From Escherichia coli (GTDB taxonomy: Bacteria > Pseudomonadota > Gammaproteobacteria > Enterobacterales > Enterobacteriaceae), in the NCBI RefSeq assembly GCF_003334385.1, contig NZ_QOWN01000012.1: DNA of 64,000 bases, one strand, 5' to 3'. The notes under the pieces are model-generated. The model did not search any database and had not been told where the DNA came from. It saw nothing but the letters and a program-made list of their open reading frames with translations. This document shows positions 41,195 to 52,621 of this stretch, one piece after another; positions within the stretch are counted from its first letter, which is position 1; each line of letters starts with the position of its first letter. The translations under genes and the position numbers were made by a program.

Positions 41195-41953
41195 TTACTT
41201 AATCCCATCCGCGCTCATGCGATCGCGAATATGCTGGGCGCGTTCGGCGGATGCAGGATGGTCGTCAAACATTGAGCTTTGGCGACCTTCTTCCAGTTTT
41301 GCCAGTTTTTCAAAGCTGGTGGCAAGACCTGCCGGGCTGATGCCGCGTTGGCGCAGAAGATCGTAAGAATAATCATCGGCTTCTGCTTCCTGGCGCTGGG
41401 AGAATTGCGAATTGACTAATTTCTCGCCCAGATTACCAAGTTGTGATTGAGATAAACTTCCGACAATCCCGCCCGCAGAGGCCGCAGCTACTCGCACGGC
41501 ATTTGTACCAAGTGCCACCTGCATTCCTTTTTTCACATGGCCTAACGCCACGTGCCCCATTTCGTGACCGATCACCGCTTCGACTTCGTTATCCGTCATC
41601 ATATCCATCAGCCCGCTATAGACGCGGATACAGCCGTTAGCCATTGCAAAGGCGTTCACATCCTTCGCCATATACACTTTGTAATTTACCGGCTGACCGT
41701 TGATATTGTTGCCTAGCGCATTGGCAATAGTTGTCAGACGTTTAGCGTATTCGCTATTGGCTGGCGCAATCGTCGCCTTGCTGTCCATCTCCTGACATGC
41801 CTGATCGCTCAGGGTTTTCACCTGCGCATCACTCAAACTGTAAGCCTGAAAAGCTTCCGCTCCTGATGAGAGCAGTCCGTTGGAGTCCATATTCTGGCAA
41901 CCAGTCAGTACCGTTGCCACGCTCATTGCTACCAATAAGGCGCGAATTTTCAT
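41195..41953 (-). CDS. loiP: Outer-membrane metalloprotease LoiP (M48 family, formerly YggG)
   Basis: 252 aa from MKIRALLVAMSVATVLTGCQ (lipoprotein signal); HEMGH zinc motif. Confidence 0.9.
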   Translation of the reverse strand: MKIRALLVAMSVATVLTGCQNMDSNGLLSSGAEAFQAYSLSDAQVKTLSDQACQEMDSKATIAPANSEYAKRLTTIANALGNNINGQPVNYKVYMAKDVNAFAMANGCIRVYSGLMDMMTDNEVEAVIGHEMGHVALGHVKKGMQVALGTNAVRVAAASAGGIVGSLSQSQLGNLGEKLVNSQFSQRQEAEADDYSYDLLRQRGISPAGLATSFEKLAKLEEGRQSSMFDDHPASAERAQHIRDRMSADGIK

Positions 41954-42230
41954 GTTTTCTCTTCCGCACAAGGTCAGGATTATTCTAAAAATGCGCCGTT
42001 TGCAGGTGAATCGACGCTCAGTCTCAGTATAAGGAAAAGCGCAGCGGACGGGCGAGTAGATTGCGCAACATGCGAGCATGATCCAGAGATTTCTGAAGCG
42101 GCAAAAGGATGTTCCATGTACATGACGCGCGGCTTGCGGTAAATTGTTGGCAAATTTTCCGGCGTAGCCCAAAACGCGCTGTCGTCAAGTCGTTAAGGGC
42201 GTGCCCTTCATCATCCGATCTGGAGTCAAA

Positions 42231-44222
42231 ATGTCCTCACGTAAAGAGCTTGCCAATGCTATTCGTGCGCTGAGCATGGACGCAGTACAGAAAGCCAAAT
42301 CCGGTCACCCGGGTGCCCCTATGGGTATGGCTGACATTGCCGAAGTCCTGTGGCGTGATTTCCTGAAACACAACCCGCAGAATCCGTCCTGGGCTGACCG
42401 TGACCGCTTCGTGCTGTCCAACGGCCACGGCTCCATGCTGATCTACAGCCTGCTGCACCTCACCGGTTACGATCTGCCGATGGAAGAACTGAAAAACTTC
42501 CGTCAGCTGCACTCTAAAACTCCGGGTCACCCGGAAGTGGGTTACACCGCTGGTGTGGAAACCACCACCGGTCCGCTGGGTCAGGGTATTGCCAACGCAG
42601 TCGGTATGGCGATTGCAGAAAAAACGCTGGCGGCGCAGTTTAACCGTCCGGGCCACGACATTGTCGACCACTACACCTACGCCTTCATGGGCGACGGCTG
42701 CATGATGGAAGGCATCTCCCACGAAGTTTGCTCTCTGGCGGGTACGCTGAAGCTGGGTAAACTGATTGCATTCTACGATGACAACGGTATTTCTATCGAT
42801 GGTCACGTTGAAGGCTGGTTCACCGACGACACCGCAATGCGTTTCGAAGCTTACGGCTGGCACGTTATTCGCGACATCGACGGTCATGACGCGGCATCTA
42901 TCAAACGCGCAGTAGAAGAAGCGCGCGCAGTGACTGACAAACCTTCCCTGCTGATGTGCAAAACCATCATCGGTTTCGGTTCCCCGAACAAAGCCGGTAC
43001 CCACGACTCCCACGGTGCGCCGCTGGGCGACGCTGAAATTGCCCTGACCCGCGAACAACTGGGCTGGAAATATGCGCCGTTCGAAATCCCGTCTGAAATC
43101 TATGCTCAGTGGGATGCGAAAGAAGCAGGCCAGGCGAAAGAATCCGCATGGAACGAGAAATTCGCTGCTTACGCGAAAGCTTATCCGCAGGAAGCCGCTG
43201 AATTTACCCGCCGTATGAAAGGCGAAATGCCGTCTGACTTCGACGCTAAAGCGAAAGAGTTCATCGCTAAACTGCAGGCTAATCCGGCGAAAATCGCCAG
43301 CCGTAAAGCGTCTCAGAATGCTATCGAAGCGTTCGGTCCGCTGTTGCCGGAATTCCTCGGCGGTTCTGCTGACCTGGCGCCGTCTAACCTGACCCTGTGG
43401 TCTGGTTCTAAAGCAATCAACGAAGATGCTGCGGGTAACTACATCCACTACGGTGTTCGCGAGTTCGGTATGACCGCGATTGCTAACGGTATCTCCCTGC
43501 ACGGTGGCTTCCTGCCGTACACCTCCACCTTCCTGATGTTCGTGGAATACGCACGTAACGCCGTACGTATGGCTGCGCTGATGAAACAGCGTCAGGTGAT
43601 GGTTTACACCCACGACTCCATCGGTCTGGGCGAAGACGGCCCGACTCACCAGCCGGTTGAGCAGGTCGCTTCTCTGCGCGTAACCCCGAACATGTCTACA
43701 TGGCGTCCGTGTGACCAGGTTGAATCCGCGGTCGCGTGGAAATACGGTGTTGAGCGTCAGGACGGCCCGACCGCACTGATCCTCTCCCGTCAGAACCTGG
43801 CGCAGCAGGAACGAACTGAAGAGCAACTGGCAAACATCGCGCGCGGTGGTTATGTGCTGAAAGACTGCGCCGGTCAGCCGGAACTGATTTTCATCGCTAC
43901 CGGTTCAGAAGTTGAACTGGCTGTTGCTGCCTACGAAAAACTGACTGCCGAAGGCGTGAAAGCGCGCGTGGTGTCCATGCCGTCTACCGACGCATTTGAC
44001 AAGCAGGATGCTGCTTACCGTGAATCCGTACTGCCGAAAGCGGTTACTGCACGCGTTGCTGTAGAAGCGGGTATTGCTGACTACTGGTACAAGTATGTTG
44101 GCCTGAACGGTGCTATCGTCGGTATGACCACCTTCGGTGAATCTGCTCCGGCAGAGCTGCTGTTTGAAGAGTTCGGCTTCACTGTTGATAACGTTGTTGC
44201 GAAAGCAAAAGAACTGCTGTAA
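42231..44222 (+). CDS. tktA: Transketolase 1
   Basis: 663 aa from [34 protein letters not shown]... Confidence 0.95.
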   Translation: MSSRKELANAIRALSMDAVQKAKSGHPGAPMGMADIAEVLWRDFLKHNPQNPSWADRDRFVLSNGHGSMLIYSLLHLTGYDLPMEELKNFRQLHSKTPGHPEVGYTAGVETTTGPLGQGIANAVGMAIAEKTLAAQFNRPGHDIVDHYTYAFMGDGCMMEGISHEVCSLAGTLKLGKLIAFYDDNGISIDGHVEGWFTDDTAMRFEAYGWHVIRDIDGHDAASIKRAVEEARAVTDKPSLLMCKTIIGFGSPNKAGTHDSHGAPLGDAEIALTREQLGWKYAPFEIPSEIYAQWDAKEAGQAKESAWNEKFAAYAKAYPQEAAEFTRRMKGEMPSDFDAKAKEFIAKLQANPAKIASRKASQNAIEAFGPLLPEFLGGSADLAPSNLTLWSGSKAINEDAAGNYIHYGVREFGMTAIANGISLHGGFLPYTSTFLMFVEYARNAVRMAALMKQRQVMVYTHDSIGLGEDGPTHQPVEQVASLRVTPNMSTWRPCDQVESAVAWKYGVERQDGPTALILSRQNLAQQERTEEQLANIARGGYVLKDCAGQPELIFIATGSEVELAVAAYEKLTAEGVKARVVSMPSTDAFDKQDAAYRESVLPKAVTARVAVEAGIADYWYKYVGLNGAIVGMTTFGESAPAELLFEEFGFTVDNVVAKAKELL

Positions 44223-44236
44223 TTAGCATTTCGGGT

Positions 44237-44266
44237 AAAAAGGTCGCTTCGGCGACCTTTTTTATT
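44237..44266 (+). terminator. tktA intrinsic terminator
   Basis: AAAAAGGTCGC-TTCG-GCGACCTTTTTTATT. Confidence 0.8.
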
Positions 44267-44535
44267 ACCTTGATATGTCCGTTTGCGGACAAGCAATAGA
44301 TAAGGCGTGTTGTAGATCACAAATATTTATATGCAATAAATATCAATTATGTAATATGCATCACGATATGCGTATTGACATTTGTTGTTATATCTATAAC
44401 TCAATGTTATATAAGAAATTAATAATTCACTGTTTTCAAAACACCGGTTTCCCTGCTCAATTGCTTTCATTAAACCGCACGAGTATTTTATTTTTACCGC
44501 CGGACGGTACCCTAAAAATAAAATAAGGATAATTT

Positions 44536-44979
44536 ATGCGGCTTAGTGATTATTTTCCAGAATCATCAATCTCAGTTATACATTCAGCAAAAGATTGGCA
44601 GGAAGCTATCGATTTCTCGATGGTATCATTGCTGGATAAAAACTATATCAGCGAGAATTACATTCAGGCAATTAAAGATTCCACCATTAACAATGGCCCT
44701 TATTATATTCTCGCACCAGGCGTGGCAATGCCTCATGCGCGACCGGAATGTGGGGCGCTTAAAACCGGGATGTCTTTGACATTACTTGAACAAGGTGTTT
44801 ATTTTCCGGGGAATGACGAACCAATTAAATTACTCATCGGACTCTCTGCTGCCGATGCCGATTCGCACATTGGCGCTATTCAGGCGTTAAGTGAATTACT
44901 GTGCGAAGAAGAAATACTCGAACAACTCTTAACAGCATCATCAGAAAAACAATTAGCGGACATTATCAGCCGCGGATAA
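44536..44979 (+). CDS. cmtB: Cryptic mannitol-specific PTS enzyme IIA component
   Basis: 147 aa; PTS EIIA fold family; synteny with cmtA. Confidence 0.85.
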   Translation: MRLSDYFPESSISVIHSAKDWQEAIDFSMVSLLDKNYISENYIQAIKDSTINNGPYYILAPGVAMPHARPECGALKTGMSLTLLEQGVYFPGNDEPIKLLIGLSAADADSHIGAIQALSELLCEEEILEQLLTASSEKQLADIISRG

Positions 44980-45006
44980 TTACTCTCTCCTCTACAGGAT
45001 AATATT

Positions 45007-46395
45007 ATGGAAAACAAGTCTGCTCGTGCAAAGGTCCAGGCTTTTGGGGGCTTTTTGACTGCAATGGTCATCCCCAATATTGGTGCTTTTATTGCCTGGG
45101 GTTTTATTACTGCGTTATTTATTCCCACCGGTTGGCTGCCTAACGAACATTTCGCCAAAATTGTCGGCCCGATGATTACCTATTTATTGCCCGTGATGAT
45201 TGGTTCTACAGGTGGTCATCTGGTCGGCGGTAAACGCGGGGCGGTCATGGGCGGAATAGGTACTATTGGTGTGATCGTTGGCGCAGAGATCCCGATGTTC
45301 CTTGGCTCAATGATCATGGGGCCGCTCGGTGGGTTGGTCATAAAATATGTCGATAAGGCACTGGAAAAACGCATACCTGCCGGTTTTGAGATGGTTATCA
45401 ATAACTTCTCATTAGGTATCGCGGGGATGCTCCTTTGTCTGCTGGGTTTTGAAGTTATCGGCCCGGCGGTGTTAATTGCCAATACTTTCGTCAAAGAGTG
45501 TATTGAGGCGCTGGTACATGCGGGTTATCTGCCATTGTTGTCAGTCATCAATGAACCGGCGAAAGTGCTTTTCCTCAATAATGCGATCGATCAGGGCGTC
45601 TATTATCCGCTGGGAATGCAACAGGCTTCGGTTAACGGTAAATCCATCTTCTTTATGGTGGCCTCTAACCCAGGTCCGGGCCTGGGGCTGCTGCTGGCGT
45701 TTACCTTGTTTGGTAAAGGGATGAGTAAACGTTCTGCGCCCGGGGCGATGATTATTCACTTCCTCGGTGGGATCCACGAACTGTATTTCCCGTATGTGCT
45801 GATGAAGCCGCTGACCATTATTGCCATGATTGCGGGCGGTATGTCTGGCACCTGGATGTTTAACTTACTGGACGGTGGTCTGGTGGCTGGCCCAAGTCCG
45901 GGGTCTATCTTTGCTTACCTGGCACTGACGCCGAAAGGCTCGTTCCTGGCGACAATTGCCGGTGTTACGGTAGGTACCCTGGTGTCCTTTGCTATTACTT
46001 CGCTGATACTGAAGATGGAAAAAACGGTGGAAACGGAGAGCGAAGATGAGTTTGCTCAGTCAGCCAATGCGGTTAAGGCGATGAAACAAGAGGGTGCATT
46101 CTCGTTAAGCAGGGTTAAGCGTATCGCCTTTGTTTGCGATGCGGGGATGGGCTCCAGTGCGATGGGCGCGACCACCTTCCGTAAACGCCTGGAAAAAGCG
46201 GGGCTGGCAATTGAAGTAAAACATTACGCCATAGAAAACGTGCCTGCGGATGCGGATATCGTCGTTACTCATGCCAGTCTGGAAGGGCGCGTGAAACGTG
46301 TGACGGATAAACCACTGATATTGATTAATAACTATATTGGCGATCCAAAACTCGACACTTTATTTAATCAATTAACCGCCGAACATAAACACTGA
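45007..46395 (+). CDS. cmtA: Cryptic mannitol-specific PTS enzyme IICB component
   Basis: 462 aa multi-TM permease with C-terminal IIB domain (CDAGMGSS). Confidence 0.9.
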   Translation: MENKSARAKVQAFGGFLTAMVIPNIGAFIAWGFITALFIPTGWLPNEHFAKIVGPMITYLLPVMIGSTGGHLVGGKRGAVMGGIGTIGVIVGAEIPMFLGSMIMGPLGGLVIKYVDKALEKRIPAGFEMVINNFSLGIAGMLLCLLGFEVIGPAVLIANTFVKECIEALVHAGYLPLLSVINEPAKVLFLNNAIDQGVYYPLGMQQASVNGKSIFFMVASNPGPGLGLLLAFTLFGKGMSKRSAPGAMIIHFLGGIHELYFPYVLMKPLTIIAMIAGGMSGTWMFNLLDGGLVAGPSPGSIFAYLALTPKGSFLATIAGVTVGTLVSFAITSLILKMEKTVETESEDEFAQSANAVKAMKQEGAFSLSRVKRIAFVCDAGMGSSAMGATTFRKRLEKAGLAIEVKHYAIENVPADADIVVTHASLEGRVKRVTDKPLILINNYIGDPKLDTLFNQLTAEHKH

Positions 46396-46409
46396 TTACA
46401 GAGGTAAAA

Positions 46410-47687
46410 ATGAAAACCAAAGTTGCTGCTATTTATGGCAAGCGGGATGTCCGTCTGCGCGTATTTGAACTGCCAGAAATTACCGATAATGAATTACTGG
46501 TGAGTGTAATTTCTGACAGCGTCTGTTTATCGACCTGGAAAGCGGCGTTACTCGGTAGTGAACATAAACGCGTACCCGACGATTTAGAAAATCATCCGGT
46601 CATTACCGGGCATGAATGTGCCGGGGTTATTGTCGAAGTGGGTAAAAATCTCACTGGCAAATATAAAAAAGGCCAGCGTTTTGTATTGCAACCGGCGATG
46701 GGGTTACCAAGCGGATATTCAGCGGGCTACAGCTACGAATATTTTGGCGGCAATGCCACTTATATGATTATTCCCGAAATCGCCATTAATTTGGGCTGCG
46801 TATTACCGTATCACGGCTCTTATTTTGCTGCGGCGTCGCTGGCAGAGCCTATGTGCTGCATTATTGGTGCTTATCATGCCAATTATCACACCACGCAATA
46901 TGTTTATGAGCATCGCATGGGCGTCAAACCTGGCGGCAATATTGCACTGCTGGCGTGTGCAGGTCCGATGGGCATTGGCGCTATCGATTACGCCATTAAC
47001 GGCGGCATACAACCGTCGCGGGTGGTGGTGGTCGATATCGACGACAAACGTCTGGCGCAGGTACAGAAGCTGCTGCCGGTGGAACTGGCGGCCAGTAAAG
47101 GCATTGAGCTGGTGTATGTGAATACCAAAGGGATGAGCGATCCTGTCCAGATGCTGCGGGCGCTGACAGGAGATGCCGGGTTCGATGACATTTTTGTTTA
47201 TGCGGCGGTGCCTGCTGTCGTTGAGATGGCTGATGAATTACTGGCGGAAGATGGCTGTCTGAACTTCTTTGCCGGGCCGACGGATAAAAACTTCAAAGTG
47301 CCGTTTAATTTCTACAACGTCCATTACAACAGCACGCACGTCGTCGGTACATCTGGCGGTTCAACGGACGACATGAAAGAGGCGATTGCCCTTAGCGCCA
47401 CTGGGCAGTTACAGCCGTCGTTTATGGTGACCCATATCGGTGGCCTGGATGCGGTGCCAGAAACCGTGCTCAATCTGCCGGATATCCCTGGCGGTAAAAA
47501 ACTCATTTATAACGGCGTGACCATGCCGCTCACTGCCATTGCCGATTTTGCCGAAAAAGGCAAAACCGATCCGCTGTTTAAAGAGTTGGCGCGGCTGGTT
47601 GAGGAAACGCACGGCATCTGGAATGAACAGGCCGAGAAATATCTGCTGGCACAATTTGGCGTTGATATCGGGGAGGCCGCGCAATGA
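46410..47687 (+). CDS. yggP: Zinc-type alcohol dehydrogenase-like protein YggP
   Basis: 425 aa; MDR/sorbitol dehydrogenase-like. Confidence 0.85.
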   Translation: MKTKVAAIYGKRDVRLRVFELPEITDNELLVSVISDSVCLSTWKAALLGSEHKRVPDDLENHPVITGHECAGVIVEVGKNLTGKYKKGQRFVLQPAMGLPSGYSAGYSYEYFGGNATYMIIPEIAINLGCVLPYHGSYFAAASLAEPMCCIIGAYHANYHTTQYVYEHRMGVKPGGNIALLACAGPMGIGAIDYAINGGIQPSRVVVVDIDDKRLAQVQKLLPVELAASKGIELVYVNTKGMSDPVQMLRALTGDAGFDDIFVYAAVPAVVEMADELLAEDGCLNFFAGPTDKNFKVPFNFYNVHYNSTHVVGTSGGSTDDMKEAIALSATGQLQPSFMVTHIGGLDAVPETVLNLPDIPGGKKLIYNGVTMPLTAIADFAEKGKTDPLFKELARLVEETHGIWNEQAEKYLLAQFGVDIGEAAQ

Positions 47688-48649
47688 TGTCCCTGGCGTG
47701 GCCATTATTTCGCGTTACGGAACAGGCAGCGTTGGCTGCCTGGCCGCAAACCGGATGTGGCGACAAAAATAAAATTGATGGCCTGGCGGTCACCGCGATG
47801 CGCCAGGCATTAAACGACGTCGCTTTTCGTGGACGAGTGGTTATCGGCGAAGGAGAAATTGACCATGCGCCGATGCTGTGGATTGGCGAAGAGGTGGGCA
47901 AAGGCGATGGGCCAGAAGTCGATATCGCGGTTGATCCCATTGAAGGCACGCGGATGGTGGCGATGGGGCAGAGCAATGCGCTGGCGGTCATGGCTTTCGC
48001 CCCTCGAGATAGCCTGTTACATGCGCCCGATATGTATATGAAAAAGCTGGTTGTTAATCGGCTGGCGGCGGGCGCGATTGATCTGTCTTTGCCTCTGACG
48101 GACAACCTGCGCAACGTGGCGAAAGCGTTAGGCAAACCGCTGGATAAGCTGCGCATGGTTACGCTGGATAAACCGCGCCTGAGTGCCGCGATTGAGGAAG
48201 CAACACAGCTGGGCGTGAAGGTTTTTGCCCTGCCGGATGGCGATGTCGCCGCCAGCGTGCTGACCTGCTGGCAGGATAATCCTTACGATGTGATGTACAC
48301 CATCGGCGGTGCGCCAGAAGGCGTGATTTCTGCCTGTGCCGTTAAAGCATTAGGCGGGGATATGCAGGCCGAGCTGATTGACTTTTGCCAGGCTAAAGGG
48401 GATTACACGGAAAATCGGCAGATTGCAGAGCAGGAGCGCAAGCGTTGCAAGGCAATGGGCGTTGACGTTAACCGTGTGTACTCGCTCGATGAACTGGTGA
48501 GGGGGAACGATATCCTCTTTAGCGCTACGGGCGTGACGGGCGGTGAGCTGGTGAACGGTATCCAACAGACGGCGAATGGGGTGCGGACGCAGACATTACT
48601 GATCGGCGGCGCGGACCAAACGTGTAATATAATAGACTCCCTGCATTGA
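47684..48649 (+). CDS. yggF: Fructose-1,6-bisphosphatase class II paralog (GlpX family)
   Basis: 321 aa; GlpX family sequence. Confidence 0.85.
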   Translation: MMSLAWPLFRVTEQAALAAWPQTGCGDKNKIDGLAVTAMRQALNDVAFRGRVVIGEGEIDHAPMLWIGEEVGKGDGPEVDIAVDPIEGTRMVAMGQSNALAVMAFAPRDSLLHAPDMYMKKLVVNRLAAGAIDLSLPLTDNLRNVAKALGKPLDKLRMVTLDKPRLSAAIEEATQLGVKVFALPDGDVAASVLTCWQDNPYDVMYTIGGAPEGVISACAVKALGGDMQAELIDFCQAKGDYTENRQIAEQERKRCKAMGVDVNRVYSLDELVRGNDILFSATGVTGGELVNGIQQTANGVRTQTLLIGGADQTCNIIDSLH

Positions 48650-48670
48650 TGGTGATCTATCGGAAGACCA

Positions 48671-49180
48671 ATGGCGACGCTGACAGAAGATGATGTGCTT
48701 GAGCAACTGGATGCACAGGACAATTTATTTTCATTTATGAAAACTGCGCATACCATTTTGCTCCAGGGGATACGCCAGTTTCTGCCGTCGCTGTTTGTCG
48801 ATAACGATGAAGAGATCGTGGAATATGCAGTGAAGCCGTTACTCGCCCAAAGCGGCCCGCTTGACGATATTGATGTTGCACTGCGTTTGATTTATGCGTT
48901 GGGGAAAATGGATAAATGGTTGTACGCCGATATCACGCATTTTTCCCAGTTCTGGCATTACCTGAACGAACAGGATGAAACGCCCGGATTTGCCGATGAC
49001 ATGACCTGGGATTTTATCAGCAACGTCAATAGCATAACCCGCAATGCGATGCTCTATGACGCGTTAAAAGCGATGAAGTTCGCTGATTTCTCCGTCTGGT
49101 CAGAGGCGCGTTTTAGCGGAATGGTCAAAACGGCGCTGACGCTGGCAGTAACGACCACCTTAAAGGAATTAACGCCGTGA
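48671..49180 (+). CDS. yggD: YggD (FumE/MtlR-like) protein
   Basis: 169 aa; synteny. Confidence 0.8.
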   Translation: MATLTEDDVLEQLDAQDNLFSFMKTAHTILLQGIRQFLPSLFVDNDEEIVEYAVKPLLAQSGPLDDIDVALRLIYALGKMDKWLYADITHFSQFWHYLNEQDETPGFADDMTWDFISNVNSITRNAMLYDALKAMKFADFSVWSEARFSGMVKTALTLAVTTTLKELTP

Positions 49181-49890
49181 AAATTGAATTAACGGTGAAT
49201 GGGCTGAAGATACAGGCACAGTACCAGAACGAAGAGATTGAAAATGTACATAAACCGTTGCTGCACATGTTGGCGGCCTTACAGACGGTAAATCCGCAGC
49301 GGCGTACGGTGGTTTTTCTTTGCGCTCCGCCGGGGACGGGTAAATCAACCCTAACCACCTTCTGGGAATATCTCGCGCAACAAGACCCGGAACTGCCCGC
49401 TATTCAGACGCTCCCGATGGATGGTTTTCACCATTACAATAGCTGGCTGGATGCGCATCAATTGCGCCCCTTCAAAGGCGCACCAGAGACATTTGACGTT
49501 GCGAAACTGACGGAAAATCTGCGCCAGGTCGTGGAAGGGGATTGTACGTGGCCGCAGTACGATCGACAAAAGCATGATCCTGTTGAAGATGCGTTGCACG
49601 TTACCGCACCACTCGTCATCGTCGAAGGAAACTGGTTGTTACTGGATGATGAAAAGTGGCTGGAGTTGGCATCTTTCTGCGATTTTTCTATTTTTATTCA
49701 TGCACCTGCTCAAATTCTGCGGGAGCGCTTGATTAGTCGTAAAATTGCGGGAGGATTAACGCGGCAAGTAGCCGAAGCATTTTATGCCCGCACCGATGGC
49801 CCCAATGTCGAGCGTGTGCTGATGAATAGCCGTCAGGCCAATCTGATAGTAGAGATGACTGAAGAAGGCCGGTATCACTTCACAAGCTGA
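49177..49890 (+). CDS. yggC: P-loop NTPase/kinase-like protein YggC
   Basis: 237 aa; Walker A PPGTGKST. Confidence 0.85.
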   Translation: MKIELTVNGLKIQAQYQNEEIENVHKPLLHMLAALQTVNPQRRTVVFLCAPPGTGKSTLTTFWEYLAQQDPELPAIQTLPMDGFHHYNSWLDAHQLRPFKGAPETFDVAKLTENLRQVVEGDCTWPQYDRQKHDPVEDALHVTAPLVIVEGNWLLLDDEKWLELASFCDFSIFIHAPAQILRERLISRKIAGGLTRQVAEAFYARTDGPNVERVLMNSRQANLIVEMTEEGRYHFTS

Positions 49891-50174
49891 CAATTTATTC
49901 CAGTTATTGTAGGGTTATTATTACGCCAGCCTGGAATAAAGCTTCCCACAAAAGGGGATAAAAGTGTGATGTGAGTCAGATAAATGTCTTCTTCGGCTGG
50001 ACAAACATTCCTTTTATTCCACGTTTCGCTTATCCTAGCTGAAGCGTTTCAGTCGATTAAATGTTCGACAATTAACCAATCAGTCGCAGTTTGCGACAGG
50101 TAAGGTTTCCCCGGACGATTTGCTGGATTACTCTGTCTGGCAAATTTGCTCAGGGAAAACCTTGCAGGAGATCT

Positions 50175-51194
50175 ATGACCGTACGCGTAGCGATAAATGG
50201 CTTCGGTCGCATCGGGCGTAATGTGGTTCGTGCTTTGTATGAATCCGGACGCCGGGCGGAAATTACCGTGGTGGCAATCAACGAACTGGCGGATGCTGCG
50301 GGCATGGCGCATTTGTTGAAATATGACACCAGCCATGGCCGTTTTGCATGGGAAGTACGACAGGAACGCGATCAACTTTTTGTTGGTGATGACGCCATCC
50401 GCGTATTGCATGAACGTTCACTGCAATCGCTCCCCTGGCGTGAACTTGGCGTTGATGTAGTCCTCGACTGCACCGGCGTATATGGCTCCCGCGAGCATGG
50501 CGAAGCGCATATTGCCGCCGGGGCCAAAAAAGTGCTCTTTTCACATCCTGGCAGTAACGATCTCGACGCGACCGTTGTTTACGGCGTCAATCAGGATCAA
50601 CTTCGTGCGGAACACCGCATCGTTTCTAACGCTTCCTGTACCACGAATTGCATAATTCCCGTCATCAAATTGTTAGATGATGCGTACGGTATTGAGTCCG
50701 GCACTGTGACCACAATTCACTCCGCCATGCACGATCAACAGGTTATTGATGCATACCATCCTGACCTGCGTCGCACCCGGGCAGCCAGCCAGTCGATCAT
50801 TCCGGTCGATACTAAACTGGCCGCCGGTATCACACGATTTTTTCCGCAATTTAACGATCGCTTTGAAGCGATTGCGGTACGTGTGCCAACCATAAATGTG
50901 ACGGCAATCGATTTAAGCGTGACGGTGAAGAAACCTGTAAAAGCCAATGAAGTCAACCTGTTGCTGCAAAAAGCAGCACAAGGTGCATTTCATGGTATAG
51001 TTGACTATACGGAATTGCCGTTGGTCTCTGTAGATTTTAACCACGATCCGCACAGTGCCATTGTCGATGGCACCCAAACCCGGGTCAGTGGCGCACACCT
51101 GATCAAAACGTTGGTCTGGTGCGATAACGAATGGGGCTTTGCTAACCGAATGCTCGACACGACGTTAGCTATGGCTACTGTTGCTTTCAGGTAA
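50175..51194 (+). CDS. epd: D-erythrose-4-phosphate dehydrogenase
   Basis: 339 aa from [15 protein letters not shown]...; GAPDH family with NAD-binding GxGxxG. Confidence 0.95.
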
Positions 51195-51243
51195 GACGCA
51201 AGCAGCGTCTGCAAAACTTTTAGAATCAACGAGAGGATTCACC

Positions 51244-52407
51244 ATGTCTGTAATTAAGATGACCGATCTGGATCTTGCTGGGAAACGTGTATTTATCCGT
51301 GCGGATCTGAACGTACCAGTAAAAGACGGGAAAGTAACCAGCGACGCGCGTATCCGTGCTTCTCTGCCGACCATCGAACTGGCCCTGAAACAAGGCGCAA
51401 AAGTGATGGTAACTTCCCACCTGGGTCGTCCTACCGAAGGCGAGTACAACGAAGAATTCTCTCTGCTGCCGGTTGTTAACTACCTGAAAGACAAACTGTC
51501 TAACCCGGTTCGTCTGGTTAAAGATTACCTCGACGGCGTTGACGTTGCTGAAGGTGAACTGGTTGTTCTGGAAAACGTTCGCTTCAACAAAGGCGAGAAG
51601 AAAGACGACGAAACCCTGTCCAAAAAATACGCTGCACTGTGTGACGTGTTCGTAATGGACGCATTCGGTACTGCTCACCGCGCGCAGGCTTCTACTCACG
51701 GTATCGGTAAATTCGCTGACGTTGCGTGCGCAGGCCCGCTGCTGGCAGCTGAACTGGACGCGCTGGGTAAAGCACTGAAAGAACCTGCTCGCCCGATGGT
51801 GGCTATCGTTGGTGGTTCTAAAGTATCTACCAAACTGACCGTTCTGGACTCCCTGTCTAAAATCGCTGACCAACTGATTGTTGGTGGTGGTATCGCTAAC
51901 ACCTTTATCGCGGCACAAGGCCACGATGTGGGTAAATCCCTGTACGAAGCTGACCTGGTTGACGAAGCTAAACGTCTGCTGACCACCTGCAACATCCCGG
52001 TTCCGTCTGATGTTCGCGTAGCAACCGAGTTCTCTGAAACTGCACCGGCTACCCTGAAATCTGTTAACGATGTGAAAGCTGACGAGCAGATCCTGGATAT
52101 CGGTGATGCTTCCGCTCAGGAACTGGCTGAAATCCTGAAGAATGCGAAAACCATTCTGTGGAACGGTCCGGTTGGCGTGTTCGAATTCCCGAACTTCCGC
52201 AAAGGTACTGAAATCGTGGCTAACGCTATCGCAGACAGCGAAGCGTTCTCCATCGCTGGCGGCGGCGACACTCTGGCAGCAATCGACCTGTTCGGCATTG
52301 CTGACAAAATCTCCTACATCTCCACTGGCGGCGGCGCATTCCTCGAATTCGTGGAAGGTAAAGTACTGCCTGCAGTAGCGATGCTCGAAGAGCGCGCTAA
52401 GAAGTAA
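51244..52407 (+). CDS. pgk: Phosphoglycerate kinase
   Basis: 387 aa from [25 protein letters not shown]... Confidence 0.95.
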
Positions 52408-52442
52408 AAAATCACAGGGCAGGGAAACCTGCCCTTGTTTCA
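52408..52442 (+). terminator. pgk intrinsic terminator
   Basis: GGGCAGG-GAAAC-CTGCCC followed by TTGTTT. Confidence 0.6.
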
Positions 52443-52621
52443 GCGCGCTTTTAGAGCACGCAATTTTTCATACTCTAAATAATTCGAGTTGCAGGAAGGC
52501 GACAAGAGAGTGAATCCCCAGGAGCTTACATAAGTAAGTGACTGGGGTGAGCGAACGCAGACGCAGCACATGCAACTTGAAGTATGACGAGTATAAGGCC
52601 CGACGATACAGGACAAGAGAC

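Noticed and set aside
42237-43826. 529-aa ORF on the minus strand antisense to tktA
   Set aside because: Entirely inside the well-supported tktA gene; Arg/Val-rich composition typical of antisense frames in GC-rich coding DNA
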